Source of the DNA: a virus
Lineage: Duplodnaviria; Caudoviricetes
IMG/VR virus record: IMGVR_UViG_3300023181_000008
Span: 1 to 53,765 of that record
Length of the DNA stretch: 53,765 nucleotides
Reading direction: 5' to 3' (one strand)
Under the pieces are notes generated by a model. The model saw only the letters and a list, made by a program, of their open reading frames with translations. It was not told the DNA's origin and searched no databases. Positions 36,425 to 45,861 of the stretch are shown here, piece by piece; the stretch's first letter is position 1; the number at the start of each line of letters is the position of its first letter. A program made the position numbers and the translations under genes.

Positions 36425-36664
36425 TTATTTTGCGTATAATCTTATTTTACCGCCATTTCTAAGTTTGTACTCATGGTATTGCTGTTTACTTGTCATAGCA
36501 TCGTTAAGGATGTCCGTAAGCAGTTTAGTGCCTTTTAAATGTTTAGTTAGGTATGGCAAACCTATACTTGTACTTACCCGGTCGCAAAGCTTATGGCATC
36601 CTATGTATTCAGGAGGTATATTTATCTTTATATTCCAATGTTTGTAAATGTATTGAGGGTTCAT
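36425..36664 (-). CDS. Hypothetical protein
   Basis: Coupled ORF. Confidence 0.6.
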   Translation of the reverse strand: MNPQYIYKHWNIKINIPPEYIGCHKLCDRVSTSIGLPYLTKHLKGTKLLTDILNDAMTSKQQYHEYKLRNGGKIRLYAK

Positions 36665-36906
36665 ATTTTTATCTTGTTTAGCCGTTCAAGTTTTAATTTA
36701 CATGAGCGTATAGCACTTGACTTAATTTCTTTAGCTCTTTTTATAGCCTCGTACTTTGTTACATGCCATTCATTATTGTAAAACTTTGCAGGACATTTTC
36801 CATATTGAAGGACTACAAAGGCTACTTTTCCATTTTCCGATATTTCTGCATAATCATATTCAATAATGCCTTTAACAAGGAAATGTTTTGTTACATATAT
36901 TTTCAT
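36661..36906 (-). CDS. Hypothetical protein
   Basis: Coupled ORF. Confidence 0.6.
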   Translation of the reverse strand: MKIYVTKHFLVKGIIEYDYAEISENGKVAFVVLQYGKCPAKFYNNEWHVTKYEAIKRAKEIKSSAIRSCKLKLERLNKIKI

Positions 36907-37061
36907 TTCGATAAAGTTATTAGCATTTGTATTTCGGTTTTCTTCCAGTCGTTTTTTTTAAGTCGCTTATCAAGAGTAACCCTGGCTACTCCTAATTTTT
37001 CACATAGCCATTTTTTAGAGTAGCTATTTATAAGTGTTTCTGCTTTTAGTGTAATGTTCAT
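36903..37061 (-). CDS. Small HTH DNA-binding protein (52 aa; not in ORF track)
   Basis: SKKWLCEKLGVARVTLDKRLKKNDWKKTEI. Confidence 0.7.
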   Translation of the reverse strand: MNITLKAETLINSYSKKWLCEKLGVARVTLDKRLKKNDWKKTEIQMLITLSK

Positions 37062-37081
37062 TTATGTACGTTTTAGGTTAA

Positions 37082-37106
37082 ACAAAAACCCTCTTTTACA
37101 AGGGTT
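37082..37106 (-). terminator. Intrinsic terminator
   Basis: AACCCT...AGGGTT followed by a T-rich tail on the minus strand. Confidence 0.6.
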
Positions 37107-37113
37107 GTAAATT

Positions 37114-37311
37114 CTAACAATCTAAATTAGCTTTCGCCTGGTTATACTGTCTTTTAAGCTCTTGTATCGATGCCGGGTTACCGTTGCTATACTGTAGGGC
37201 TTTTTCGTAATTGTCTTTTAATTCCTGCGCTTCTTTCTCGCAGTCGTCTGTGCATGATGTTAGTAATGCAATTAGGCACAATGTAGTAATAAGTATTCGC
37301 ATGGTAAACAT
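37114..37311 (-). CDS. Small lipoprotein
   Basis: MRILITTLCLIALLTSC lipobox. Confidence 0.7.
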   Translation of the reverse strand: MFTMRILITTLCLIALLTSCTDDCEKEAQELKDNYEKALQYSNGNPASIQELKRQYNQAKANLDC

Positions 37312-37643
37312 ATTTTAAGGTTATTTTTATTATAGTATTTAGGTGTAGGATGAAATTCTTCATCAAGGCTTATTATTTTTAGATAAACCTGTTTTGTCTT
37401 TTTATCAAAGCCGTATTTCATGTCGTTTTTGCATACATTTATAGCGTGTATAACAGAAGCATGCCCTCTGTTGAAAATAGCACCTATAGCCATTAAAGAC
37501 ATTGTAGGATTCATTTCTTTAATCAATAGCATACATAGATTTCTTGGTCTAACACTTAGGCTATCTCTTTTCGCTGTTTGAAGTGATTCGTAAGTAACTC
37601 CGAAATCATTACAAACATAGTTTATAATATCTATATTTCTCAT
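37272..37643 (-). CDS. DnaA C-terminal (domain IV)-like HTH protein
   Basis: V...FGVT...L....R......R...M.L........SL..IG..F.R.H.SVIHA. Confidence 0.85.
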   Translation of the reverse strand: MRNIDIINYVCNDFGVTYESLQTAKRDSLSVRPRNLCMLLIKEMNPTMSLMAIGAIFNRGHASVIHAINVCKNDMKYGFDKKTKQVYLKIISLDEEFHPTPKYYNKNNLKICLPCEYLLLHCA

Positions 37644-37646
37644 AAT

Positions 37647-38276
37647 TTATTGAGCTGCTGTAAAACCCCCTATTATACCCAAACCAAGCCAAAGATACCA
37701 TTTTTCGTACCACTTAGGCTTAGCCGTTGCCTTTAGCAGTTCATCCTGTTTAACGTAAAGTGCCGCGTTAAGACCTGATATTACTTTTAATGAGTTTTGC
37801 AGGCTATCGTTATTGGCTTGTATTAAATCGTTAAGGCGTAACGCTGTGTTAAGGTACTGTGTTGATCTTTGTTTATACACTTCCCCTTGTTTAAGCCCAT
37901 TGTAAACCCTTTCGTATTCAGGTTTGGTTAAGCAAATAGTGTCTTGTGAATAGCACATGAAACCGAATAATAGGAATGCCGTAACTAACGATTTTTTAAT
38001 CATAGCTTCTATGCTATCGGCAAATGCGTGGTCAAGGGGTCTGAAACACTCGTTCTTAAACCACACTTCGTCATAACCGTCTAAATATTGTATTTTAGGG
38101 TTTACCAATTCTTCAAAATGGAAACATAAAACCTTATCTATAAGTTCCATTTCTCTTATAGTATACATTTCCTTAACTACAGGAAATCTAACACCGTAAT
38201 AGTCCTCTGCCTCGTCATATTGCCTCGGATTAGACTTTACACACACAACTTTCTGTCCTACTTTAAAATTGCTCAT
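37647..38276 (-). CDS. Apparent fusion: small early-type domain plus exported coiled-coil membrane protein (internal start at 38003)
   Basis: MSNFKVGQKVVCV...FRPL followed by MIKKSLVTAFLLFGFMCYSQ...KWYEKWYLWLGLGIIGG. Confidence 0.6.
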   Translation of the reverse strand: MSNFKVGQKVVCVKSNPRQYDEAEDYYGVRFPVVKEMYTIREMELIDKVLCFHFEELVNPKIQYLDGYDEVWFKNECFRPLDHAFADSIEAMIKKSLVTAFLLFGFMCYSQDTICLTKPEYERVYNGLKQGEVYKQRSTQYLNTALRLNDLIQANNDSLQNSLKVISGLNAALYVKQDELLKATAKPKWYEKWYLWLGLGIIGGFTAAQ

Positions 38277-38590
38277 TCCTTAACGGTATCCGACTCTATG
38301 GCACGGCTTGTATTATAGGTTTTTAAATATCGTTTTATTTCTTCTCTCTCTGCACGAAATTCAGGAACGGGTGTTACGTCCAATTCCTTTACTATCTTAT
38401 CAGCAGCTTTAGCGTTTGTTTCAGACGCTTTAGAAGCCGTTTCAATCTCTTTGGCTACTTCTTTCTTAATCTCTTTAATTTCAGCCTTAATAGGCTTTGT
38501 TGATTGTTGTCGGCTGCATGTGAAAACTATTATGCCTACTAATAAGGCTACAAGTATTACAAGCCAATTTGGGAGTGTTTTTTCTTTCAT
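38273..38590 (-). CDS. Membrane-anchored coiled-coil protein (spanin-like)
   Basis: N-terminal transmembrane segment ending VFTC, then a charged helix. Confidence 0.55.
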   Translation of the reverse strand: MKEKTLPNWLVILVALLVGIIVFTCSRQQSTKPIKAEIKEIKKEVAKEIETASKASETNAKAADKIVKELDVTPVPEFRAEREEIKRYLKTYNTSRAIESDTVKE

Positions 38591-38591
38591 T

Positions 38592-38786
38592 TTAAACAGG
38601 TGTTATTGTTATGTTTACTTTAATGCATTTCCAACCTTCCTTACGATACCATGCCCATTCTTTGCTGCCATTTCCTAAGAATGCTTTTATAGCTTCCCTT
38701 CTTGCATAGCTAATTCCTGAAATCCAAGTATAACCTTTTGGGCTTACCACCAACCATACTGCTTTTGTTTCTGTTTTTAATTCCAT
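38592..38786 (-). CDS. Hypothetical protein
   Basis: Packed ORF. Confidence 0.55.
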   Translation of the reverse strand: MELKTETKAVWLVVSPKGYTWISGISYARREAIKAFLGNGSKEWAWYRKEGWKCIKVNITITPV

Positions 38787-39259
38787 GAAATTTCAATTAT
38801 TTCGTTGTTATCGTTTATCGTAAGTGATTTAGGGAGGGATAGATCCTGCAACGAATCTATGTATTTATAAATACCATTTACAGAGCTTAAATGACTGCTT
38901 GCATACTTCATGGCTTCTATAAGCTGCTCACGGGTGTAAACCCCTTTGTTAGCGTTGTAGCCTGATTGAAAATCAGCAATACAGTTACGGCTTTCCCTTG
39001 TATTACCACAATCGGCTTGTTGGCAATATTCCACTGATAAATTTGCTAAATCAACAGGCTTAACAAACTGCTGCCTGTCAAGTTTTATAACGCCATCGAG
39101 TTGTGCGGTACTTTTATCGGTTGTAGCTAAAATATTGTATGTTTCCCTACGGTAATAGAAAGATGCTTTAGCCGGCGTATGTGGTTCGTGAGAGAATAAA
39201 AATATCTCCCCATCATGCAATATCAGGTCTTTCCCTGCGGTGTAGGTTGTTGTTTTCAT
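38777..39259 (-). CDS. Hypothetical protein
   Basis: Packed ORF. Confidence 0.6.
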   Translation of the reverse strand: MKTTTYTAGKDLILHDGEIFLFSHEPHTPAKASFYYRRETYNILATTDKSTAQLDGVIKLDRQQFVKPVDLANLSVEYCQQADCGNTRESRNCIADFQSGYNANKGVYTREQLIEAMKYASSHLSSVNGIYKYIDSLQDLSLPKSLTINDNNEIIEISWN

Positions 39260-39666
39260 TACTCGTTTTTTAAGTTTACATAATACTCACTTGGTATGCC
39301 CTCAATTATTGCAAAGTTGTATTCTAATAGCTTATTTACATCTTCACTTGACCACATTTTAGTATTACAATTTTTACCCTGTTCTAAGTAATGATTTATT
39401 GATCGCTTCCATAATCTTGATGATGGGTTGAAATCATCCCCATTATGCATTATTGTTTGGGTAAGCTGCTCTAAATTACGGGCAAGTATTAAATACTCAA
39501 CACCTATTTCATTATAGTTAATGTGAATGAATTTATTTGACATTCTCAATATCATTCGGGTATTTGATATTAAATCACTTATTTCCCATGTTTTACCCTC
39601 TTTATCCTGCAACTTATAGTTATTACCATATAGTACAGAAGCCTGTTGTTTGTTTATTCCGGTCAT
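39259..39666 (-). CDS. Hypothetical protein
   Basis: Packed ORF. Confidence 0.6.
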   Translation of the reverse strand: MTGINKQQASVLYGNNYKLQDKEGKTWEISDLISNTRMILRMSNKFIHINYNEIGVEYLILARNLEQLTQTIMHNGDDFNPSSRLWKRSINHYLEQGKNCNTKMWSSEDVNKLLEYNFAIIEGIPSEYYVNLKNE

Positions 39667-39670
39667 GGGT

Positions 39671-39943
39671 TTATGTATTTGGATTTGTAATTATTGCCCA
39701 GTATTGTACATCTGTTACATCCCATCCTATGTAATCCCCTTCAGGCGTTTCTATACCATGTGGTTCAGACAACACAACCAAATATTTTTCCCATCTTGAT
39801 TCATTATTTACGTTGTTAAAAACATTTATAGCAACTAAAAATGGTTCTTGGGGGCAGTTATTGTTTTCAATCCATGAGTATTTTTCATTTGTTTCGTAAG
39901 TAATATCTACGAAATGTTTGTCGTTTATATTTATCCAATCCAT
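39671..39943 (-). CDS. DUF551-like protein
   Basis: MDWININD...V.YW..I..P. Confidence 0.55.
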   Translation of the reverse strand: MDWININDKHFVDITYETNEKYSWIENNNCPQEPFLVAINVFNNVNNESRWEKYLVVLSEPHGIETPEGDYIGWDVTDVQYWAIITNPNT

Positions 39944-39946
39944 AAT

Positions 39947-40267
39947 CTATATCTTTTTAAGTATTACAAGTTTTTCAATAAGGTTGTTTTCGGCTGCTGA
40001 ATTGGGATTAGTAAAATGCAGCCCGTTTGCTGATAGTATGATTCTAAATTCTTTTGGAGTTATTCCGTATAAGCACGCAACATCGAAGTCAATAGTGTCG
40101 GCGGTAACTGTGCCTAAAATTTCAAATGTTCCATTGCCTACTTTTTGAGAACCATAGAAATTTTTAACATAAGTGTCTCCTTCATGTGCTATAAGGTAAT
40201 TTTCTTTAGCATCGCCTGGCACACTCACAGCGATTAGTTCGGTTGGGGTTAATTGTTTAGGTTGCAT
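39947..40267 (-). CDS. Hypothetical protein
   Basis: Packed ORF. Confidence 0.6.
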   Translation of the reverse strand: MQPKQLTPTELIAVSVPGDAKENYLIAHEGDTYVKNFYGSQKVGNGTFEILGTVTADTIDFDVACLYGITPKEFRIILSANGLHFTNPNSAAENNLIEKLVILKKI

Positions 40268-40426
40268 GACTTGGTATGTTTAGGTTAATACTTTTTAAAA
40301 GCCTCGTACAGATACGTATTTTAAGCTCACAGATTCGGTATTGCTTACTGTTACAATCCATATCCTGTAAAATATCCTCATTATCAACGATGATATTCAT
40401 TAGTTTTGCTACGGGTTTAAGCATGG

Positions 40427-40639
40427 TTAATTTCTGTTATTAAATTCATTCTCAACCGAAAAATAAACATCAATTATTGTAGCACCGCTATCTTGTCGGG
40501 CTATCCAATTTTCTTCTTTACCATCATTAAAATGTATTTTTAACTCTAATGTATAGTCAGTAACAATTAAACGACTGCTTTCATAAAAGTTATTTCTAAG
40601 CAGCTTCATTAATCTTTTAAAGTATTTTTCTTTATACAT
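40427..40639 (-). CDS. Hypothetical protein
   Basis: Packed ORF. Confidence 0.5.
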   Translation of the reverse strand: MYKEKYFKRLMKLLRNNFYESSRLIVTDYTLELKIHFNDGKEENWIARQDSGATIIDVYFSVENEFNNRN

Positions 40640-40645
40640 CTTATT

Positions 40646-41194
40646 TTATTTATAAGGATTCTCTTTAAGTGTTGTTACGTCAATCGCAAGGCCGCGTTCT
40701 ATAAGTCCCCGGTAATCTATAAAGTGTTCATCAAGCCAGTCGAATAACTCGGATTGGTTGGGCACTTTCATTGCTTCGTAAGTTTCATCATCATTTTCAA
40801 CGGCTGAAAAACCACCAAATTGAAAATCAAAGTGTATATCTCCTGATTTAGCTAATGTCATTTTTAAGGCATGGAACGTTTTTAGTTCAAATTTCCTGTC
40901 AGGAAACGCAATCTTAGCCAGTTCTAAAAGCGGGGTAATTGTTTTGCCTTTAATGGTTATGGGAGTGGTTAGGTTTGGCGAGTTTAAAACCAATTTGCAC
41001 ATGTGTACAGGATAGGCATCTTTTCTTTCTTTAGAGTTTAGGCAGTAATCGCCAAATAGCTCTACAATGCCGTTGCACGTATGAATAGGGTTTGTTTCCA
41101 TTTCTTCATAAGGCACATCTAACTCGCTTATGAATTTGGCGCCATAAGGCAAATACCTGGCAATGTCTTTTGGTTGTAGTTTAGATTTCATCAC
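40646..41194 (-). CDS. Hypothetical phage protein
   Basis: YLPYG...LFDWL..HF.DYRGLIE.GLAID...L..NPY pattern, which I recall from Bacteroidota phages. Confidence 0.7.
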   Translation of the reverse strand: MMKSKLQPKDIARYLPYGAKFISELDVPYEEMETNPIHTCNGIVELFGDYCLNSKERKDAYPVHMCKLVLNSPNLTTPITIKGKTITPLLELAKIAFPDRKFELKTFHALKMTLAKSGDIHFDFQFGGFSAVENDDETYEAMKVPNQSELFDWLDEHFIDYRGLIERGLAIDVTTLKENPYK

Positions 41195-41206
41195 ACACGT
41201 TTTTAG

Positions 41207-41590
41207 TTACTTCTTTGTTTTATCAATTTCGCACCACTCATAAAATATTTCTGTGTTATCTCCTAAATAAAACCCTTTAGATAAGAGAAAGTAAACAGCT
41301 TTATACATTTGCCCTAAAGAAGCACTTTCAAAACCCCCATTAATTATATCTAACGCCCTTTCAATATGCTCTCCTTTCCATCCTAATAGTACGCCTAATT
41401 CCAATAACTCATCGTCATTGACGGAAGATAAATCCCTAAGATATAAAACATCTGCTTTTATATCTTCATCAATAGTATGCTCAGTTGGTACATATTTAAA
41501 CCCTGTCCCGCCTCCTGATTTTTGAATAGCTACCTCCTGACCCCAATATTTTGCAAAAAATCTCTTTTTATTCTCTAAATTGTTTTCCAT
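41207..41590 (-). CDS. Hypothetical phage protein (paralog of 9363-9764)
   Basis: ENNLENKKRFFAKYWGQEV...L+.LSSV.DDE...FLLSKGF. Confidence 0.7.
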   Translation of the reverse strand: MENNLENKKRFFAKYWGQEVAIQKSGGGTGFKYVPTEHTIDEDIKADVLYLRDLSSVNDDELLELGVLLGWKGEHIERALDIINGGFESASLGQMYKAVYFLLSKGFYLGDNTEIFYEWCEIDKTKK

Positions 41591-41853
41591 TGCTTTGGTA
41601 AGTTTATATATTTGATTTGTAATTTCATCTTGTCTACTTCTTTAACACTGCCGCTATAAATAAAGTGTTTTATACTTTTTGGTTCTTCCATCATGTAGCA
41701 ATAATCGGGCTTTATCGGAACATTGCGCCTTTTGCAACTATAGCATCATTTAGATCTGTAAATCTATCATCCGCCATGTAATAAATCATTAGAGTTGTCC
41801 ATAAGTCAAATCCATATTTTACCGACACTTCGTCTTTAATCTGCTGTATTGCT

Positions 41854-42294
41854 TTACCTTCCATAAATTAGTTTTTTAGCGGTGGGGGTTAGCTTTGGAC
41901 TTCTGTCTGTTAAAAATTCTACGGTATGATTTCCTTTTTCAAGTATTCTTTTATCTGCATAAATGCCATTTTCCTTATTAAAGGTCTTTTGCATTATGCT
42001 ATCGTATTCAAACCCCTCAAACAAAACCTTTGATTTGGCTTCTTCAAAAATAGGCTGTTCTTTTTCCCATCTATCCCATTCCGAATCAGCAGCAGGGCTT
42101 AATGGTTTTCCTAATAACAGATTACCATCGGCATCACAAGGCAAAAACATACCTAATGTAAGCGGCTGCGTAAGGAATTGGGCGTAATTCAAGCTAACAG
42201 AGTGGTATTCATTAAGCGGTATAAATCCGTTAGTGTACCCAAAGCTTAAATCTATAATGAATTTTGTGGCGGGAATTAATTTGTCTATCTGCAT
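41854..42294 (-). CDS. Hypothetical phage protein
   Basis: NYAQFL.QPL.LGMF.PCD..GN.L..P...AK.KVLFEGF pattern. Confidence 0.7.
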   Translation of the reverse strand: MQIDKLIPATKFIIDLSFGYTNGFIPLNEYHSVSLNYAQFLTQPLTLGMFLPCDADGNLLLGKPLSPAADSEWDRWEKEQPIFEEAKSKVLFEGFEYDSIMQKTFNKENGIYADKRILEKGNHTVEFLTDRSPKLTPTAKKLIYGR

Positions 42295-42307
42295 GGCTAA
42301 TCGTTTA

Positions 42308-42529
42308 TTATTTTAATATTGTCTGATTCCAGTTTATTAGCTCTAAAACTTCATCAACTGATTCTGTAACTTGGTACTGATAATCATTTCCAAAAGACAG
42401 TATTGTTTTACCATTTATTGAAAGTATATCAAATACTTTAGAGTAGTTTACCATTATAGGTTCGTTACTGGCATACACAGTTAAATTAATAAACCCTTTA
42501 ACCTGAGATCTAATTGAATTTCCTTTCAT
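42308..42529 (-). CDS. FlbD-like small protein
   Basis: FI.LT......I.VN...+......T.L......V.ESVDEV..LI. Confidence 0.55.
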   Translation of the reverse strand: MKGNSIRSQVKGFINLTVYASNEPIMVNYSKVFDILSINGKTILSFGNDYQYQVTESVDEVLELINWNQTILK

Positions 42530-42553
42530 CTTATTTGTTTTTATATTTAATAA

Positions 42554-42862
42554 TTACCTATGTATGTATTTAATGTTAAAAGTTACGCTGTCGTTATTCT
42601 GCATGTACTCGCTAAGGTTAGCAGAGTAAAACTCCCAATTTTTACCCCGGCCAATAACTTCGTATGGGAATGGGTAATTGTTAGGTTTAAGCTCCCACAA
42701 CGCTTTATCGCTTGTTATGGTAATGTAATCCTCTTTCGAGTAGTCAGCGTGTATGCCTGGCGTTGCTGTTTGCTGTGTGTGGTGGTTTATTTTAACCGTT
42801 GCATTTCTGTAGTTTGATGCGCACCCTGTAAGCACCAAAAGTAAAATAGTTATATATCGCAT
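42554..42862 (-). CDS. Lipoprotein
   Basis: MRYITILLLVLTGC lipobox. Confidence 0.7.
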   Translation of the reverse strand: MRYITILLLVLTGCASNYRNATVKINHHTQQTATPGIHADYSKEDYITITSDKALWELKPNNYPFPYEVIGRGKNWEFYSANLSEYMQNNDSVTFNIKYIHR

Positions 42863-42983
42863 AGCCTTGTTTGAAAAATTATATCGTTTGGATCTGTGTA
42901 CATTGCAATTGTAGGTTCATCGTCGTGTATAAATGAGTTGGCGATGTTTAAGTTGTGCCGGTTTACTATCTGTTGTGTTGTCA

Positions 42984-43286
42984 TTACTCTGTTGCTTTTT
43001 GCACGGCTATGCCTGCGTTAATAAAAAACTCTGCTAATTGTAGTTTAAACTCTTCCGGAACATAACCGCTGTTGTTTAATGATTGCAGTAAGGTTATAGC
43101 GTCCTGTGTTGCATGTAATAAGTCAGGACTGGCGGAAATTAGTTTAGCGTTACTCCTTGTGTCGGCTGTAATTTGATTTTCAGGCAAGTATACATGGCAT
43201 ACTACACAATTAGTGTCTCTGTCTACAACAGCGGTGTTTTTAAAGTCTTTTAAATCTAAGTCTAACACACTCCAGTTTGGTTTCAT
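42984..43286 (-). CDS. Hypothetical phage protein (NAKLISASPDLL family; start MKPNWS)
   Basis: NA.LI.A.PDLL motif; the track's longer start overlaps the promoter. Confidence 0.7.
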   Translation of the reverse strand: MKPNWSVLDLDLKDFKNTAVVDRDTNCVVCHVYLPENQITADTRSNAKLISASPDLLHATQDAITLLQSLNNSGYVPEEFKLQLAEFFINAGIAVQKATE

Positions 43287-43314
43287 AATAATTACGTTTT
43301 TAATTTGTATGGAG

Positions 43315-43387
43315 CAAATGTAAAACAAACTTTTGAATAAATATTAATTATTTTAATTTTTTTATCTAATTATTTGTTGTATGTTTG
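43315..43387. promoter_or_regulatory. Divergent promoter pair: TACATTTG (-, 43315-43322) and TATGTTTG (+, 43380-43387)
   Basis: Two TAnnTTTG matches flank an AT-rich spacer at the main strand switch. Confidence 0.75.
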
Positions 43388-43413
43388 CGGAGTAATTAAA
43401 ACAAACTTTAAAA

Positions 43414-43626
43414 ATGAATATAGCAAAAGAAATTTACACGCAAATCGCTAATCATGTAGGTAATGAGAAGAAAATAAAAGGTCTTAGTCCTACACAACGT
43501 AAGCTTTTTAAATCAGGAGAATACAACCCTACTATAGGCACTATTAAAACAGTTCTTGTAGAGAACGGCATGCCTGCAACAATATGTATAACTTCCGGCA
43601 CTACCGAAACAACTATTAATTTTTAA
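43414..43626 (+). CDS. Putative HTH regulator
   Basis: GLSPTQRKLFKSGEYNPTIGTIKTVL resembles the C-terminal half of an XRE HTH; first gene after the divergent promoters. Confidence 0.5.
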   Translation: MNIAKEIYTQIANHVGNEKKIKGLSPTQRKLFKSGEYNPTIGTIKTVLVENGMPATICITSGTTETTINF

Positions 43627-43630
43627 GGTT

Positions 43631-43876
43631 ATGGGTAAGTATGTAATGCGAAAAGGTTTTGACGTCTCAAACACAGTAGGTCGGGCTAACAATATATCTA
43701 CAATAGCTTGCTTTAATTATGAAGCATTAAATAAAATTGTTAATTCTCCTTATTTTTCAGATTTACCCATAGTAAACATTGTAGGTGTTTGGAAACCTAA
43801 AGGCAGCCCCTCATTATTATGGGACGACTACAAAGCGAACAGCAGGAAGCAGAATTTTGGATTAAACAACAGATAA
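43631..43876 (+). CDS. Hypothetical protein
   Basis: Packed ORF. Confidence 0.5.
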   Translation: MGKYVMRKGFDVSNTVGRANNISTIACFNYEALNKIVNSPYFSDLPIVNIVGVWKPKGSPSLLWDDYKANSRKQNFGLNNR

Positions 43877-43889
43877 ATAAATAATTATT

Positions 43890-44540
43890 ATGAGTACAGA
43901 GATCACATTATTGCCGGTACACGACATTATGACAATGGCACAGACATTTGCAGAATCAGGAATGTTTGCAGACACAAAACAAGCCGCACAGGCGTTCGTT
44001 AAGATACAAGCCGGACAAGAAATAGGCATAGCACCGTTTCAGGCAATGAGCGGCATCCATATTATACAGGGCAAGCCTACAATTGGCGCGGGCATAATGG
44101 CAGCTAAGATAAAAGGTAGTGGTAAGTATGACTACCGAATTACAACAACAAACGATAATATTTGCAGTATTGATTTTTTCCAGGGTAAAGAGAAGTTAGG
44201 CAATAGCACCTTTACTATTGAGGATGCTAAAAAAGCACAAACAAAAAACCTTGATAAGTTCCCCAAAAATATGCTGTTTGCCCGTGCCATATCTAACGGC
44301 TTAAAATGGTTCTGCCCTGATGTATTTAGCGGTTCTGTGTATGTTCCCGAAGAAATGCCGGAAGTTGAGCCACAAACGCATGATACTACTTATGAGGATC
44401 CAACAGCAGAAGACTTATTGAACTCCGCAGCTAACCTTGATGAATTGGCTAAAATATACACAAGCCTATCTAAATCCGATAAGGTACGTACAGCACAGCT
44501 AAAAGAAGAATTAAAAACCCGCTTAACACCTGCTGAATAA
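43890..44540 (+). CDS. RecT-like single-strand annealing protein
   Basis: AQAFVKIQAGQEIGIAPFQAMSGIHIIQGKP...FT.EDAK.A.....KFP.NMLFARA.S....FCPDV..G.VY.PEE. Confidence 0.8.
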   Translation: MSTEITLLPVHDIMTMAQTFAESGMFADTKQAAQAFVKIQAGQEIGIAPFQAMSGIHIIQGKPTIGAGIMAAKIKGSGKYDYRITTTNDNICSIDFFQGKEKLGNSTFTIEDAKKAQTKNLDKFPKNMLFARAISNGLKWFCPDVFSGSVYVPEEMPEVEPQTHDTTYEDPTAEDLLNSAANLDELAKIYTSLSKSDKVRTAQLKEELKTRLTPAE

Positions 44541-45478
44541 TGGGAGCATCATCAGAAATGGCTATTCAAATGCAAGAGCAGGAGAATAGCCAATATTACG
44601 GCCTTATTGGTAGAATGCAGCGTAAAGAAGAAACGCTATCTTATTCAAGCCTTAAGGAATTTGGCAAGTCTCCGCGTAACTTTATAGCCTATAAGCTAAA
44701 AGAAAGAAGAGAGCAAACGGAATCACAAAAGTTTGGCAGCTTATGCGACTGTTTATTAACTGAACCCGAAAACTTTGATGAATTATTTAGTATTGTAGAT
44801 AACACCCCTACAACAGATAACCAATCAGGGTTTTGTAATGATTTAATTGCCGGAATTCATTTAGACGTGGCTTTTTCTAACAACTATTCAAGAGGTAAAG
44901 CATTGGAGTTATTTGCCCAATTCGAGCCTTATATATTAGCGGCAAAGGAGGGTAAAACAGTTATTACATCTAAGCTTAAAGAAGAAGCCGAAAAACTAAC
45001 ATCGGCTTTAAAACAAAGTCCTATTGTGGCGCAATACTTAGATGCATGCACTTCTTTTCAAAATAAAAAAGAATGGGAGTATAAAGGTTGGAAGTTTAAG
45101 GGGTTTACCGATTGTGAAGGACACAACCTTATTATTGATTTAAAGTTTACGGCTAACGCTGACCCCGATGCTTTTGAAAGATATATAATGAAGTATGATT
45201 ACTTTATGCAAATGGGAATGTATGCCGAAGCTCATGGCGGGTTGCCCGAATGCTTTTTTATATGCTACGACAAAACAGGCAATTTCTCTGTAATTAAATT
45301 GGATTATACACTTATTAATTATGGGACTCGAAAGTATCAGTATTTGGTTGAAAAGCTAAACCAATGCATACAACAAAACAGATGGTCGGAATCTTTTAAC
45401 TTTTTTGATGTGCAGCTAAGGACTGCATACAAACCTAAATGGGTAAAAGGCTTTGAAACTGATTTAACAGAAGATTAA
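44540..45478 (+). CDS. PD-(D/E)XK exonuclease (RecE/exonuclease VIII-like, DUF3799)
   Basis: LSYSSLK.F.KSP..F; FGS.....LTEP..F; KG..D......IIDLK; Y..Q...Y. Confidence 0.85.
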   Translation: MGASSEMAIQMQEQENSQYYGLIGRMQRKEETLSYSSLKEFGKSPRNFIAYKLKERREQTESQKFGSLCDCLLTEPENFDELFSIVDNTPTTDNQSGFCNDLIAGIHLDVAFSNNYSRGKALELFAQFEPYILAAKEGKTVITSKLKEEAEKLTSALKQSPIVAQYLDACTSFQNKKEWEYKGWKFKGFTDCEGHNLIIDLKFTANADPDAFERYIMKYDYFMQMGMYAEAHGGLPECFFICYDKTGNFSVIKLDYTLINYGTRKYQYLVEKLNQCIQQNRWSESFNFFDVQLRTAYKPKWVKGFETDLTED

Positions 45479-45497
45479 TTAAACAAAAAACAATAGA

Positions 45498-45773
45498 ATG
45501 GAATTAACAGGACAGATTATCTACATTGGAGAAACAGGCACTTATGGGGCATCAGGATTTAGAAAACGAATTTTAGGACTTGAAATACCAGGGCAGTACG
45601 CGCAGAAAATAGGAGTTGAATTAACGCAGGACAAATGCGACTTACTTAACAACTATAGGGTAGGGCAAATGGTAAAGGTAAGCACTAACCTACGCGGTAA
45701 TATGGTAGAGAAGGAATTCGAAGAACCTAAGTTTTTCAACTCGCTACAGGCTTGGAAAATAGAACAAGCATAG
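45498..45773 (+). CDS. DUF3127 family protein (Bacteroidota SSB-like)
   Basis: MELTG.I......T...GFRKR......QY.Q.I..E..QDKCDLL......V.VS.NLRG......FNSLQAWKIE. Confidence 0.85.
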   Translation: MELTGQIIYIGETGTYGASGFRKRILGLEIPGQYAQKIGVELTQDKCDLLNNYRVGQMVKVSTNLRGNMVEKEFEEPKFFNSLQAWKIEQA

Positions 45774-45783
45774 TAATACAACC

Positions 45784-45813
45784 AACCCGCCTCAATACTA
45801 ACGGGGCGGGTTT
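45784..45813 (+). terminator. Hairpin/terminator after DUF3127
   Basis: AACCCGCCTC...GGGGCGGGTT. Confidence 0.6.
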
Positions 45814-45861
45814 AAAACCACAAACTAACTGGCCGTTACGGTCGTAAAATTAAATAAGATT

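Noticed and set aside
43287-43626. Lysogeny switch with integrase
   Set aside because: Divergent promoters and HTH genes are present, but no integrase, partition genes or clear CI repressor were recognised, so lifestyle is unresolved.
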